The notes: a model not told the origin generated them from the sequence alone. Counted from the stretch's first letter, positions 8,942-19,081 are shown. The stretch: DNA of 32,000 nt from Nostoc punctiforme PCC 73102 (GCF_000020025.1 NC_010628.1:1920001-1952000), one strand, 5' to 3'. Translations and numbers: made by a program.

Positions 8942-9959
8942 GCGGGCAGCATCCTTAGATGTCAGTAGTATTTTAAAACAGCTATCAATTATCAAAGTTT
9001 AAGATGGGAATTTCCACCTCAAATCAAACTTACCACGCAATAGTTCTGGGGAACTCTGACTCGCAACTGTTTACTCTGCACCTTCTGAAAGGATCTTCAA
9101 AAAGGCTTTAAATGTCTCTTCTCCTATGCAGAAAACGGATGCCTTCAATGCATTAATTTCTAGGGCGGTAAAAAATTAGATAATTAACGACTGAAAAACT
9201 CCGCAGACTTGGCATTAAGAAGTCAAGCTTTCCTCCCATACTTGGGCTTTACACCAGTATTTTATCGCTTTCTATATTTTGCGATCGCCTGTATGAATGC
9301 CACGTCAACTTGGGCGTATTCTTCATCTTCACCAAGAGAAATTTCCCAAAAGCCTTGCATAAACAAGGCTTTCAGCTTACCAAGCGTGCCATTCAACCCT
9401 TTGACGATCTGTTTCCAAGTTCTACTTTGCCCTGATCCTACTGCTAAATACACCTGGACAATACCTGACTTATTCTCCCTATCTCTCAGTACAATCGCGG
9501 TTTACAGTATTTGTTCCAAATTGTTGGAGTGTAGATTGCCAAAAACCTTGCAGATTCCTAATTTGAGATTTTTTACAAAAATATTTTCCAATTGATGATT
9601 TAAGTGCGGCATCTGGGAACAATCTATGGAAATCAGATTTTTGTTCGGTACTTAGCACTTACTAAGCGCTTAAGAAAAGAATATAAATCTGTTTAAAATA
9701 CTGTCCCATTTTAGCAAAACCACCCGTGAATAAAAAACTAGAAACTTTAAAAGTATTTATCCTATTTTAGAGAAAAAATACCCGAAATAATCTGAATAAA
9801 ACCAGTAATCAATAACACAGGTATTTATCGCTCTTTCAACTGAGAGATAGATTTCTCATAGCTTTATTTCCCCAATTTTTAACAATCTAAATGCGGCTTG
9901 AAAAAGCCGGATTTTGGTATGGAATAAAAAACTTACCTACACTTGCAGTATCTATAAAA

Positions 9960-11246
9960 ATGCCTAACTCTAAAATTCAAAAAGACCTTCGTCATAACTT
10001 GACCGTCAATGTTGTTGAAAGTGCATTTTTTGGTTTAGGAGCTGGTTTTGCCTCCTATATCACGATTATCCCTCTATTTGTTAGTGGTTTTACCAATTCT
10101 GCATTGCTCATCGGTCTGATCCCAGCTATTCCGCGTTTAGGTTGGCAACTACCTCAGCTATTAACAGCTGATAGAATAGCTCGATTACAGTATTACAAAC
10201 CAACTGTAATGTGGTTGACAATTCACCAGAAACTTCCTTTTTTAGGATTAGCACTGGTTGCTTTGTTAGAGCTAAAACTCAATCACCAAACTATCTTATA
10301 TTTGACATTCGCCATCCTCATTTGGCAGGGACTAGGTAGCGGATTTAGCGCTCCTGCTTGGCAAAGTATGGTTGCTAAAATTGTTCCATCGGGAAGGCTT
10401 GGCATTTTTTACGGTGCTTTAGCTGCGGCTGCTAATCTGATGAGTATCATTGGTGCTTTGAGTGCTGGTTTACTGCTCAAGCAAATTGCCCAGCCATTTA
10501 ACTTTGTTCTCTGTTTTTTGTGTGCCAGCGTTGCGATGGCTCTATCTTGGTTTTTTATGTCTAGGACGCGAGAGCCAGTAGACAACTCATTATCGACCAT
10601 TGAAACTAGACGTGAATTTTGGGACAGTCTTAATGTGATTCTCCGGTGCGATAAGAATTTTCGTTACTTTGCGATCGCACGTATGCTTTCACAATTAGCC
10701 CTAATGCCACTTCCCTTCTATACACTCTATGCCGTATACCATCAAGGCATGGGAGAAGCATCTATTGGGTTAATTACTGGTGTGCTGATGGGAACGCAAA
10801 CTATTGCTGGATTGGTTTTGGGTTGGGTAGGCGATCGCTGGGGTAACAAGTTGGTCTTGGAAGTTGGTTCTGTTGTTTGTGCTTTCAGTGCGGTTCTAGC
10901 TGGGCTAGCAACAAATGTAAACTGTTTTTACTTGGTATTTATAGGAGCGGGAATAGGTATGAGCGCTCTGCAAAATATTGCTGCGGTAATGACCTTAGAG
11001 TTTGGTAATCAGCGCCAACGACCAGCCTATATTGGTCTTGGTAATACCCTTATTGCCCCTGCCACAATCCTTTCTCCCCTTTTAGGTGGATGGATAGTGG
11101 ATAATATTGACTATAGAACTGCCTTCTTGGTGGCAGCTATAGGTGGATTAGTTACAGCACTAGTTTTGCACGTAGGAGTGCGCGATCCACGTTATCTGGA
11201 ACAAAATTTTAGTACCCATTCAGTTGAAGTTTTGCCTGAACAGTAA
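9960..11246 (+). CDS. MFS transporter (428 aa from ATG 9960; ORF track start 9891 is possible)
   Basis: About 12 predicted hydrophobic helices arranged 6+6 around a polar central loop (SRTREPVDNSLSTIETRREFW). Typical MFS loop motif GWVGDRWGNK. Confidence 0.75.
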   Translation: MPNSKIQKDLRHNLTVNVVESAFFGLGAGFASYITIIPLFVSGFTNSALLIGLIPAIPRLGWQLPQLLTADRIARLQYYKPTVMWLTIHQKLPFLGLALVALLELKLNHQTILYLTFAILIWQGLGSGFSAPAWQSMVAKIVPSGRLGIFYGALAAAANLMSIIGALSAGLLLKQIAQPFNFVLCFLCASVAMALSWFFMSRTREPVDNSLSTIETRREFWDSLNVILRCDKNFRYFAIARMLSQLALMPLPFYTLYAVYHQGMGEASIGLITGVLMGTQTIAGLVLGWVGDRWGNKLVLEVGSVVCAFSAVLAGLATNVNCFYLVFIGAGIGMSALQNIAAVMTLEFGNQRQRPAYIGLGNTLIAPATILSPLLGGWIVDNIDYRTAFLVAAIGGLVTALVLHVGVRDPRYLEQNFSTHSVEVLPEQ

Positions 11247-11250
11247 GCAT

Positions 11251-12765
11251 TTACTCCTCCCAAGCCAGAGTGCGTTTCACTGCTTTTTGCCAAGTATCAA
11301 AGTTAGATAATGGCTTATCGCTCCTCGGTTCAAACACACGCTCAATTTGCCGTTGCTGCACCAGCGCTTCGTAGCTCTCCCAAAATTCTATAGCTAAACC
11401 TGCTGCAAATGCTGCACCCTGAACGGTCGTATCGCGCATTATCGGACGTTCAACTGGAATACCTAATACATCAGCCTGGAATTGCATCAAAAAATTATTT
11501 TCGCAAGCACCACCATCTACGGTTAATCGACCAACTGGAGTACTGCTAGATGAATTAATTGCCTGTACTACTTCCACAACTTGATACGCGATCGCTTCTA
11601 ACACGGCGCGTACTAGATGCTCTGGTTGGACACTGGCGGTAATGCCGAAAAAGGCTCCCCTAGCACTCATATCCCAATAGGGTGCCCCCAGTCCACTAAA
11701 TGCAGGCACAAAGTAGACTCCGCCATTATCTGTCACCTGATTTGCCATCGTTTCACTTTCAGCAGCAGTTTTAATCAGCTTGAGGCGATCGCGCAACCAT
11801 TGAATACAAGCTCCACTGGTAAACATACTACCTTCTAAGGCATAACCTACATCCAATGCTCCCCTTGGATTTGCTTGTGTCCATGCCACCGTAGAAATAA
11901 GTTGATGGTGCGAGCGCACAATTCGATTGCCTGTGTGAGCTACCAAAAAGCTACCAGTTCCGTAAGTACATTTCATCAAACCGGGGCGATCGCAACCATG
12001 ACCAAATAAAGCTGCTTGTTGATCTCCCAAGATCGCAGTAATCGGAATTTCAGCGCCCAACAAAGTAGCATCAGTAACTCCAAATACTCCTAAACTAGGC
12101 TGAATCTTGGGCAAAATATGAGCCGGAATTTGAAACAAATTTAGTAAATTATCATCCCACTCACAGGTTTTGAGATTCATCAACATTGTTCGGCTGGCGT
12201 TGCTGTGGTCAGTAGCATGGACTTTCCCACCTGTAAGATTCCACAGCACCCAGGTATCAATAGTGCCAGCTAAGACATTGTTTAGGTTAACGTCTGTAAA
12301 CTTATCTAATAGCCACCTAAGTTTGGTAGCAGAGAAATAGGCATCAATGATTAATCCAGTGCGATCGTAAATTTCATCAGCGTAGCCTTGCTCTTGTAAC
12401 TGGTGACAAAGGGGAGCAGTGCGGCGATCTTGCCAAACGATCGCTCTATGGAGTGGTCTACCAGTAGTTTTGTCCCAAATCAAGCAGGTTTCACGCTGTA
12501 CAGTTAGTCCCAATGCTGCGATCGTTGATGGAGCAATGCGGGCATTTTCAATTGCGGTTTCTATCACCCAACACGTATCTTGCCAGATTTGTTGAGCATC
12601 GTGTTCTAACCATCCAGGTTGAGGATAATACTGAGTTAGTTCTTTGTATGCCTGCCCAACAATCTTGCCGTCTGCGTTAAACACAAAGGCGCGGTTGCCT
12701 GTCGTACCTAAGTCCAGTGATAAGATGTAACCCGATGATGGAGTTGTGTTGCCAAATGTGTGCAT
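11251..12765 (-). CDS. glpK: glycerol kinase (504 aa from ATG 12765)
   Basis: YILSLDLGTTGNRAFVF...PQPGWLEHDAQQIW, WDKTTGRPLHRAIVWQDRRT, GTGSFL, GGVYFVPAFSGLGAPYWD and DGGACENNFLMQFQADVLG are classic FGGY/GlpK motifs. The 19-codon upstream extension runs through a GC-rich repeat and is unlikely to be coding. Confidence 0.9.
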   Translation of the reverse strand: MHTFGNTTPSSGYILSLDLGTTGNRAFVFNADGKIVGQAYKELTQYYPQPGWLEHDAQQIWQDTCWVIETAIENARIAPSTIAALGLTVQRETCLIWDKTTGRPLHRAIVWQDRRTAPLCHQLQEQGYADEIYDRTGLIIDAYFSATKLRWLLDKFTDVNLNNVLAGTIDTWVLWNLTGGKVHATDHSNASRTMLMNLKTCEWDDNLLNLFQIPAHILPKIQPSLGVFGVTDATLLGAEIPITAILGDQQAALFGHGCDRPGLMKCTYGTGSFLVAHTGNRIVRSHHQLISTVAWTQANPRGALDVGYALEGSMFTSGACIQWLRDRLKLIKTAAESETMANQVTDNGGVYFVPAFSGLGAPYWDMSARGAFFGITASVQPEHLVRAVLEAIAYQVVEVVQAINSSSSTPVGRLTVDGGACENNFLMQFQADVLGIPVERPIMRDTTVQGAAFAAGLAIEFWESYEALVQQRQIERVFEPRSDKPLSNFDTWQKAVKRTLAWEE

Positions 12766-12978
12766 AGCTGATTTGACATGTTGCGTAGGTGTAGCCCGCC
12801 GTAGGCATCGCGGTTTTAGCAATACATATCAAATTAGATATACATTATTTTGGGTACATTTTTAAATTCTGCAATGCCTACGGTGGTCACTGAGCTTTGT
12901 CGAAGTGCGGGTTAGACCTGCACGTTGCGTTTTTGTAACCTACAAAGTTAATTCCCATAACAAATTACCCATAAGTAA

Positions 12979-14148
12979 TTAATCAGAATCTTTCAATATC
13001 ATGTGTTTTTTTAAGTCAAAACTAATTATCCCTTCTTCTTGTAATTTACCGAGCAATCGTGTAATTGTTACCCTAGTGGTACAGCAAGCGCTAGCAAAAT
13101 CTTCGTGAGTGAAGCGAACACTTAGGCGAGTTCCCTCCGGCACAGCTTCACCAACTTCCTGCTTCAAAAGTTGTAATAGATGCTGCAAGCGCTCTTGTAC
13201 TCGTCGCCTTCCAGAAATGGCTAGAAAAGATTCTGTTTGCTGTAACCTCTGATTCATTTTTGGTAAAAGGATATGGCTCAGAGTTGGGGAATTTGCGATC
13301 TCTGCCGAGTAAATTGACACCAGATCGACATCCGAAAGGGCTGTTGCTTGGTAAATATTAAGAGATGTTAAACTAGAGCCAAAAACCATTCCTGCTGTTG
13401 CCAATCCTATTAAAACTTCTTCACCCGTTTCACAGTAGGTATTAAGTTTAACTAAACCCTGACAAACATAAAAAATTACTAATGGGTTAAGGGAAATAGT
13501 TTCTCCTTTAGAATATTTATGTACGGGGCGATCTTTGAACAAGTCGCGGTCATTCTTGACTATTCCTGATTCTAAATACTGACGATCACTAATATTACGC
13601 ACCATCCAGCGCAGAGAGATTGCCTTACCTTGCTGATTGCGGACAACTTTCACTGTCAAAGCTGCATCAAAGGACTCACTATGACGTTTTTGCAAGCGTA
13701 CCAATAACTCTTTAACTCTATCTGATTCAGATAATTGGATGAGTTCGCAGCGAACCTGTTGACGTTCTCCTAGAGGAACAAAGTTCATCATTGGTTTACC
13801 CACCAAAAAATGCTTTGAAACATTGAGTAACCTCGCTGCGGTATGGTTAGCTTCTTGAATGATTCCTTCTGTATTAGTCACTAAATAGGCATCAGGCGCA
13901 AACTCGAATAATTCTTGATAATGTTGGCGTTCTGCTTCTAGCCAATTTCGTGTTTCTAATAGTTCCTCATTTTGCTGATACAGTTCTTGTGCCGCTAGCT
14001 GTACTATCTTTAAAGTGTTATGGAGTTCCTTTAAAGCTTGCGGCTGTAGATCCGTTGGAATCCAAGGTAATACACTAGCGGTTTGGTATAAATCTGCTAA
14101 ACGCTTGTGCAATATTTCTGTACGTTGGATAAATTTTTCTATGTTCAC
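12979..14148 (-). CDS. PAS-domain Crp/Fnr-family transcriptional regulator (389 aa, GTG start)
   Basis: An N-terminal coiled-coil-like stretch is followed by a PAS domain (FAPDAYLVTNTEGIIQEANHTAARLLNVSKHFLVGKPMMNFV). Next comes a cNMP-binding-like beta-barrel (VIFYVCQGLVKLNTYCETGEEVLIGLATAGMVFG). The C-terminus is an HTH_Crp (FTHEDFASACCTTRVTITRLLGKLQEEGII). Confidence 0.8.
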   Translation of the reverse strand: MNIEKFIQRTEILHKRLADLYQTASVLPWIPTDLQPQALKELHNTLKIVQLAAQELYQQNEELLETRNWLEAERQHYQELFEFAPDAYLVTNTEGIIQEANHTAARLLNVSKHFLVGKPMMNFVPLGERQQVRCELIQLSESDRVKELLVRLQKRHSESFDAALTVKVVRNQQGKAISLRWMVRNISDRQYLESGIVKNDRDLFKDRPVHKYSKGETISLNPLVIFYVCQGLVKLNTYCETGEEVLIGLATAGMVFGSSLTSLNIYQATALSDVDLVSIYSAEIANSPTLSHILLPKMNQRLQQTESFLAISGRRRVQERLQHLLQLLKQEVGEAVPEGTRLSVRFTHEDFASACCTTRVTITRLLGKLQEEGIISFDLKKHMILKDSD

Positions 14149-14798
14149 CTTAAATCACCGCTACTTGTTTGCAGAGGTTGAGCAAAAAAAATCTACTAAT
14201 AAGAAATTATGAAGTGTCTTATTGACACTTATAAGCATTTGTATTATTTATTACTATTAAGTCTACGGTATTGTTCTAGTTATTACGTCTACCTTTGGTG
14301 GGACAATTCGGTAAAATCAGCCAATACGAGCAATAGGAGGTCCCAATTTGGTGACCTAAAATTAGGCTCATTTATCACCAAACTAATAAGTCAGTAAAAA
14401 TTATGACTAGTAGACAAATTAGATAAGACAGCATAACCAGAAAAACCTCGTTCTCAAACTGAATTTCTCACTATTGTTTAAGCTACTTTGTCATTCCCCC
14501 AATGAATGATTTAGTGTTAATGATAATTGTTTTCAATATTACCTACAATAACTAATAATATTTTCCCCGACTTCCATCACAAGAATCAAGCCACTACTAC
14601 CAAAGACATATAATCTAAGTTAAGTTTGTTTATGCTTATGAATACATTGATTGGTAACAAACTTCACAACAAGATAACAAGATTAAGATTTTCAACCTTC
14701 TGTAAAAAGTTAGGAATCAAAGTCTTCCGATCTTAAAATCAATTATGGAATTCTGTAGCACAAGCAAAAGAAAACTGAAGTCTGCCAGTCATATAAAA

Positions 14799-14836
14799 TA
14801 CCAAACGGAATTCTAATTACTGAATTCTGTTTGGTA
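14799..14836 (-). terminator. candidate intrinsic terminator (15-bp stem, U-rich tail on the minus strand)
   Basis: TACCAAACGGAATTC (14799-14813), loop TAATTACT, then GAATTCTGTTTGGTA (14822-14836), with one mismatch. On the minus strand the hairpin is followed by TTTTATAT. It lies about 290 nt downstream of the stop at 15123. Confidence 0.4.
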
Positions 14837-15122
14837 AATTAAAAATATGCGTATAGAAAATCACATAACAACTTAACAATTATCCGCCTCTTTAGTTAGA
14901 GGATAAATGAAGCAGTCAGCTGATGTAATTTAACAATGCGTAACAGCTAATCAACGCGCAAGTTATAAGGAGTGATGGGTGAGGTGTCAATACTATAAAA
15001 TCTCGTCACTCCCTTTTATTTGCTTCAATTTACAGCGCTTTTGAAGTAATTGAACTGCACTGTCCTATTCTCAACTCCCTGTCTCAGTTGTGGTGTAAAT
15101 ACCTAAAATCTGCTGTATTAAC

Positions 15123-15791
15123 TTAACGGATGCCATCATTATCAATGGCGCTGTAGCTATCGCTGGGGAAAAGCCCTAACCAGGGGTCAGAACTAGGAGT
15201 TAAAAATAGTTGGGCGTATACTTGCTCATTTAGGGCTTCCACACTGCTTGTTTGCTTTCCTTGCATAAACCATTGATGAATTTGGCTGTGTAGCATATAC
15301 TCATTTCTGACTGTATCTAAAGCCATTGTGGTTTCAAATTTTTTCACTATTATCGACAAATTATCTTCTTTCGTCTTGGCAGGCTGAGACTTTTTAGCTC
15401 TGATTAAAGAGATACTATTTTGATCTAGCTTGACATCGGTGGCATAGAGTTGAGCGATTTTGTTCCAGACTTCCTGGTCGGTAATTTCAGCTAAAGCATT
15501 TTGATTCCGTTCAGCATCAGACTGAAAAGCACTCAGCATTGGCGTTTCAACTCTCATCTTAGAAACTGCTAAAGAACTTGCTCTTTCTGCCGTAGGTGGC
15601 TGACTGGGATTGCTCGGAACTTTCACCAACTTAGGGGGAGACTGGATACCCAGACGGGATAAATCTGCAACCCATTGGGCTTGGATAGAGTTTAGACGAT
15701 CGCTGTGGTATTTTCTTAAAAAAGCCTCGCGATCGCTTTTTGCAAGTTTGCTATAATTTTTTACCGCTACTTCAGCCTGCTGTAAGGCATC
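15123..15791 (-). pseudogene. C-terminal fragment of an IS-interrupted gene (hypothetical secreted protein)
   Basis: The reading frame is open from the IS boundary (D A L Q Q A E V...) to the stop at 15123. The first seven codons of the ORF-track protein (MFKLFLH) are encoded by the IS terminal repeat. The fragment joins in frame to 17113-17751 once 15792-17112 is removed. Confidence 0.75.
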
Positions 15792-17112
15792 ATGTAAAAA
15801 TAACTTGAACAATTTGCTGAATGGTAAGATGATCAGAATGTAACCGAATTAAAGGCTTATATGTCTGATAAGCAGGTAGTAGAAAGCATTCAAGACAAGT
15901 ACGATTCGTTATCGCCTTATTTGAATGAGAAAACACGGCGTATTTGGGCAGCAATTGAAGCCCGAAGCCTGGGCTGGGGAGGCGTGAGTCAGGTTGCGCT
16001 CGCAACTGGACTATCCCGGACTACAATCCATGCTGGGATACGGTTATTGTTAGACGCTTCGGGGGAAAAAACCTCGAATGATGATAGTAATCGAATTCGT
16101 TCGTCAGGTGCTGGACGTAAACTACTTGAAGAAAAAGACGCAATGCTGCTATCAGATTTAGAATCGCTGATTGAACCAGTGACACTGGGAGACCCAGAAT
16201 CTCCTCTAAAATGGACTTCTAAAAGTGTTGTGAAACTGGCTGCGGCATTAAACATTGGGGGACATAGGACTAGTCCTAAAAGTGTTTATAACTTACTTGA
16301 ATCGCTTGGCTACAGCTTACAATCAAATCGTAAAACCCGTGATGGCTCATCTCATCCAGATAGAGATGATCAGTTTTTACATATTTCCAACCAAGTCTTG
16401 CACTTTCAATCCCAGAACGAACCCGTAATTCAGTTGATACAAAAAAAAAGAATTAATTGGAGATTTTAAAAATTCTGGAACCGAGTGGTGTGAAAAGGAA
16501 CAGCCAATTGAGGTGAAAATGCATGATTTTGTTGACCCCAAGTTGGGCAAGGCAATTCCCTACGGAATTTATGACTTAACCTCAAATCAAGGATGGGTAA
16601 ATGTTGGCATTGACCACGATACCGCAGAGTTTGCAGTCGAGTCTATTCGTCATTGGTGGTACTCAATGGGTAAACAAGTTTATCCCAGCAGTGAGCATAT
16701 AATGATTACGGCTGATTGCGGTGGTAGCAATAGTTATCGCTCACGATTGTGGAAATTGAAGTTACAAGAATTAGCAACTGATACTGGTAAAACTATTCAT
16801 GTGTGTCATTTTCCTCCAGGCACAAGTAAATGGAATAAGATTGAGCATCGCTTGTTTTGTCACATTACCCAAAACTGGCGAGGCAGACCATTAACTAGCT
16901 TGCAAGTTGTGATTAATCTAATTCGCAATACTACCACCACACAAGGATTAGAAGTTGAAGCTAGATTAGATCCAAATCTCTACAAAACGGGAATCAAGGT
17001 TACAGACCAAGAGCTTGATACTATCGCAATCGAACGAAATTCTTTTCATGGTGAGTGGAACTATATTATCAAACCCAAAGTAGTCAGTTAATTGTTCAAT
17101 TTATTTTTACAT
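15792..17112 (+). mobile_element. ISAzo13-family insertion sequence (1321 bp)
   Basis: Terminal inverted repeats ATGTAAAAATAACTTGAACAATT (15792-15814) and AATTGTTCAATTTATTTTTACAT (17090-17112) are 22/23 complementary. They enclose an ISAzo13-type DDE transposase. The element sits inside a minus-strand gene. I see no obvious target-site duplication. Confidence 0.85.
15861..17091 (+). pseudogene. ISAzo13-family DDE transposase, interrupted by frameshift(s) at/near an A9 run (16441-16449)
   Basis: The N-terminal part (15861-16469) reads ...NEKTRRIWAAIEARSLGWGGVSQVALATGLSRTTI...HPDRDDQF.... The C-terminal part (frame +1, open from about 16450, ORF track 16513-17091) reads ELIGDFKNSGTEW...HDF...ITADCGGSNSYRSRLWK...CHFPPGTSKWNKIEHRLF. 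Family members I recall are single ORFs reading ...PVISVDTKKKEL(V/I)G(N/D)FKN.... Confidence 0.75.
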
Positions 17113-17751
17113 AACTCCTAACTGAAGTAAAAATGCTTTGGGACTATATAATCCTGGAATTGCGTCGATTGGACGACCCGATGCATCTAATATATAGTGA
17201 ATGCTATTGCCTGTAATTGTCCGCTCCAACTTGCGTCCATCGCCAAAATCAATAGTTACTTTGGGTACAGGACGCACCGATTGCCAGTGCAAAATAAAGT
17301 GGTCTTGAAGCAGCTTAGAAATTTCACTATTAGGATACAGCGCTACCCTGAAAAACCTACTATTGGCACAACTCAAATCCTGATCCAGTCTGCCCAGCAA
17401 CCGCAGAGATAAAATAGGTTTACCACTAGTTCTAGCAGCAGCTTTAGCTTGTTCTATGTCAGTGTACCAGTACAGGCGAGAGGCATAACAATCTCGTTGT
17501 TGACAGAGTTCGTCTAAAGCTACCCGAAGTGCAGGAGAAGGTAGAACTGCATCTGAAGAATTAATACTTAGCGTATTCCTATGAGATTTGAGAAATAGTT
17601 GTAACCCGTTTGGTCCTTGTTTCCGAAGTACAGAAACTTCTTGAGATAGCTTGGAGATTTCAGCTACAGGAGTTTGAGCATCAGCCGTCTGCAAAAAACT
17701 GAAGCTGACTAGCATGAGCGCGAAAGGATATTTGAAGGTTCTAAATCTCAT
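17113..17751 (-). pseudogene. N-terminal fragment of the IS-interrupted gene (signal peptide plus possible thioredoxin-like region)
   Basis: Signal peptide MRFRTFKYPFALMLVSFSFLQTADA. The native frame runs to ...AFLLQLGV, then continues into the IS repeat, which adds M plus a stop. Confidence 0.75.
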
Positions 17752-18514
17752 ATATTTCCAGAAAAATAGGGGCGTGGGTATCGTTATTCCTAACTAGAGA
17801 AGTCTAGTCTAAGTTGTAAGAATCCTCAGATGCTCTGAAAGTTTCAGGTGGGATCGTAAAGCTTAAAATCTCAACATAAGCTCAAAAAATTATCACTTGA
17901 TTGCTAGCTAGTCCCTCTGATACAAAAGGGATGCGGCTTTAGGATGTATGGAGATAAACGAATAGTATCTATTACTGAACGTATACACGTATTTATTTAC
18001 AGAAGCTACTTCATAAAGCTCAGGTTTTATTAAAAATTCATATACTTTCTGCTTTAGTTACTTAAATATGCGACTTTAGAGTTGATTTCTTATAAACTAG
18101 CTTTATTAAAAAATCAGTAGTATTCCTCTTTTAGTAATAGGTCAAATACAACTAAAGTATAAATGGTTGTGCTGGCTTAGTTGATAACAAAAACGTCAGC
18201 TATTTCAGGTGTATCTATTTGCTAACTCTCTAACAGACTGATTCAGCAGTCTTTAAATACCCATTCTCTTTTTATTAAAGAGAAATTTACATCATCCTTA
18301 ACTTATAGGGTATTTAATTCGGTACGCTTAAGCTTTTTTAGATAATTAATTTACTAGTAAGTTCTAGTATTCATTCACTTATAAAACCCGATAAGCCGGT
18401 TTTGTAGGAAAAATTGCCATAATTTACATCCTAAAGCTACGGTTTATTTCTAACTAGGAGCAAGCACAACTCCTTGAAAAGTTGAATATTTACCAACCCA
18501 TTTTGCAAATCTCC

Positions 18515-18829
18515 ATGCAACAATATTTTTCTCATATACTCATACTGGCATTAGGAACAACTTCGACTTTGATGATTACTCCATGTCAAGGTCAAACTCC
18601 GGTAAAGCCCAACAATCAAAATACTGAGAATATTAGTTCCGTATCTTCAAATTCACCTTCGGCTATTCCATTGAGTGATTCTGCCAATTCTACTAATAAC
18701 AAACCAACTATCCTCTCTGAGGTAAGCAATAACTCTTCTGCTGCTAATGCAAATATAACTGCAACAAAGCCAAAGCCACGGCTTCCTATATTCAGCAGAA
18801 TTTTTCCCACACCTTCGATGCAGCAATAA
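18515..18829 (+). CDS. hypothetical small secreted Ser/Asn-rich protein (104 aa from ATG 18515)
   Basis: From the ATG the sequence is MQQYFSHILILALGTTSTLMITPCQG (signal-peptide-like), followed by low-complexity S/N/T/P sequence. It sits in an AT-rich gene-poor stretch, so it may be a chance ORF. Confidence 0.3.
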   Translation: MQQYFSHILILALGTTSTLMITPCQGQTPVKPNNQNTENISSVSSNSPSAIPLSDSANSTNNKPTILSEVSNNSSAANANITATKPKPRLPIFSRIFPTPSMQQ

Positions 18830-18936
18830 TCAACGGGTAATATTTACAGGATGTTCAACTTTATTTAGTGAAAATATGACTCCAGCAACAGAGATTCTAA
18901 TTGTTCTCTTTTGCTGGGGTGAGAAGAATCTCATCC

Positions 18937-19081
18937 ATAGCGGTTCTCGTTTGTATGCAATATACTCTGTGGTCTCACTTCCATTTTTCTCTTTTAAAAG
19001 AAGAGAAGATTTGAGTGTTATCCCTCAACACAACAAAGGTTGGGGCTAGGGTCTATATTGAACTCAACTGAGAACCGCTAT
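18937..19081. repeat. 145-bp segment bounded by a perfect 12-bp inverted repeat (candidate MITE or structured RNA)
   Basis: ATAGCGGTTCTC (18937-18948) and GAGAACCGCTAT (19070-19081). A second hairpin lies just upstream: GAGATTCT (about 18891-18898) and AGAATCTC (about 18925-18932), with an inner TTCTC/GAGAA pair. Confidence 0.3.

Noticed and set aside
9209-9595. A 128-aa plus-strand ORF and a 63-aa minus-strand ORF (9262-9453; the frame is open back to about 9500) in the argC-MFS gap.
   Set aside because: The plus-strand ORF is hydrophobic, low-complexity and has no start context. The minus-strand frame (..IVQVYLAVGSGQSRTWKQIVKGLNGTLGKLKALFMQGFWEISLGEDEEYAQ..) could be a gene remnant, but I recognise no family and it lacks a good start. 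I left it unannotated.
12766-12822. N-terminal extensions of glpK (to 12822), argC (to 8995), MFS (from 9891), the SH3 protein (to 29633) and the PG-binding protein (to 28848).
   Set aside because: Family similarity or signal peptides begin at internal Met codons. The extensions run into repeats or use TTG/GTG starts without SD support. The MFS and PG-binding alternatives remain possible.
14015-14397. ORFs 14015-14212(+) and 14209-14397(+).
   Set aside because: The first is antisense to the regulator's 5' end. The second is an AT-rich, low-complexity reading (YYLLLLSLRYCSSYYVYLWW) with no start context.
15790-16255. Minus-strand ORFs 15790-16005 and 15989-16255.
   Set aside because: They are antisense to the transposase gene within the IS.
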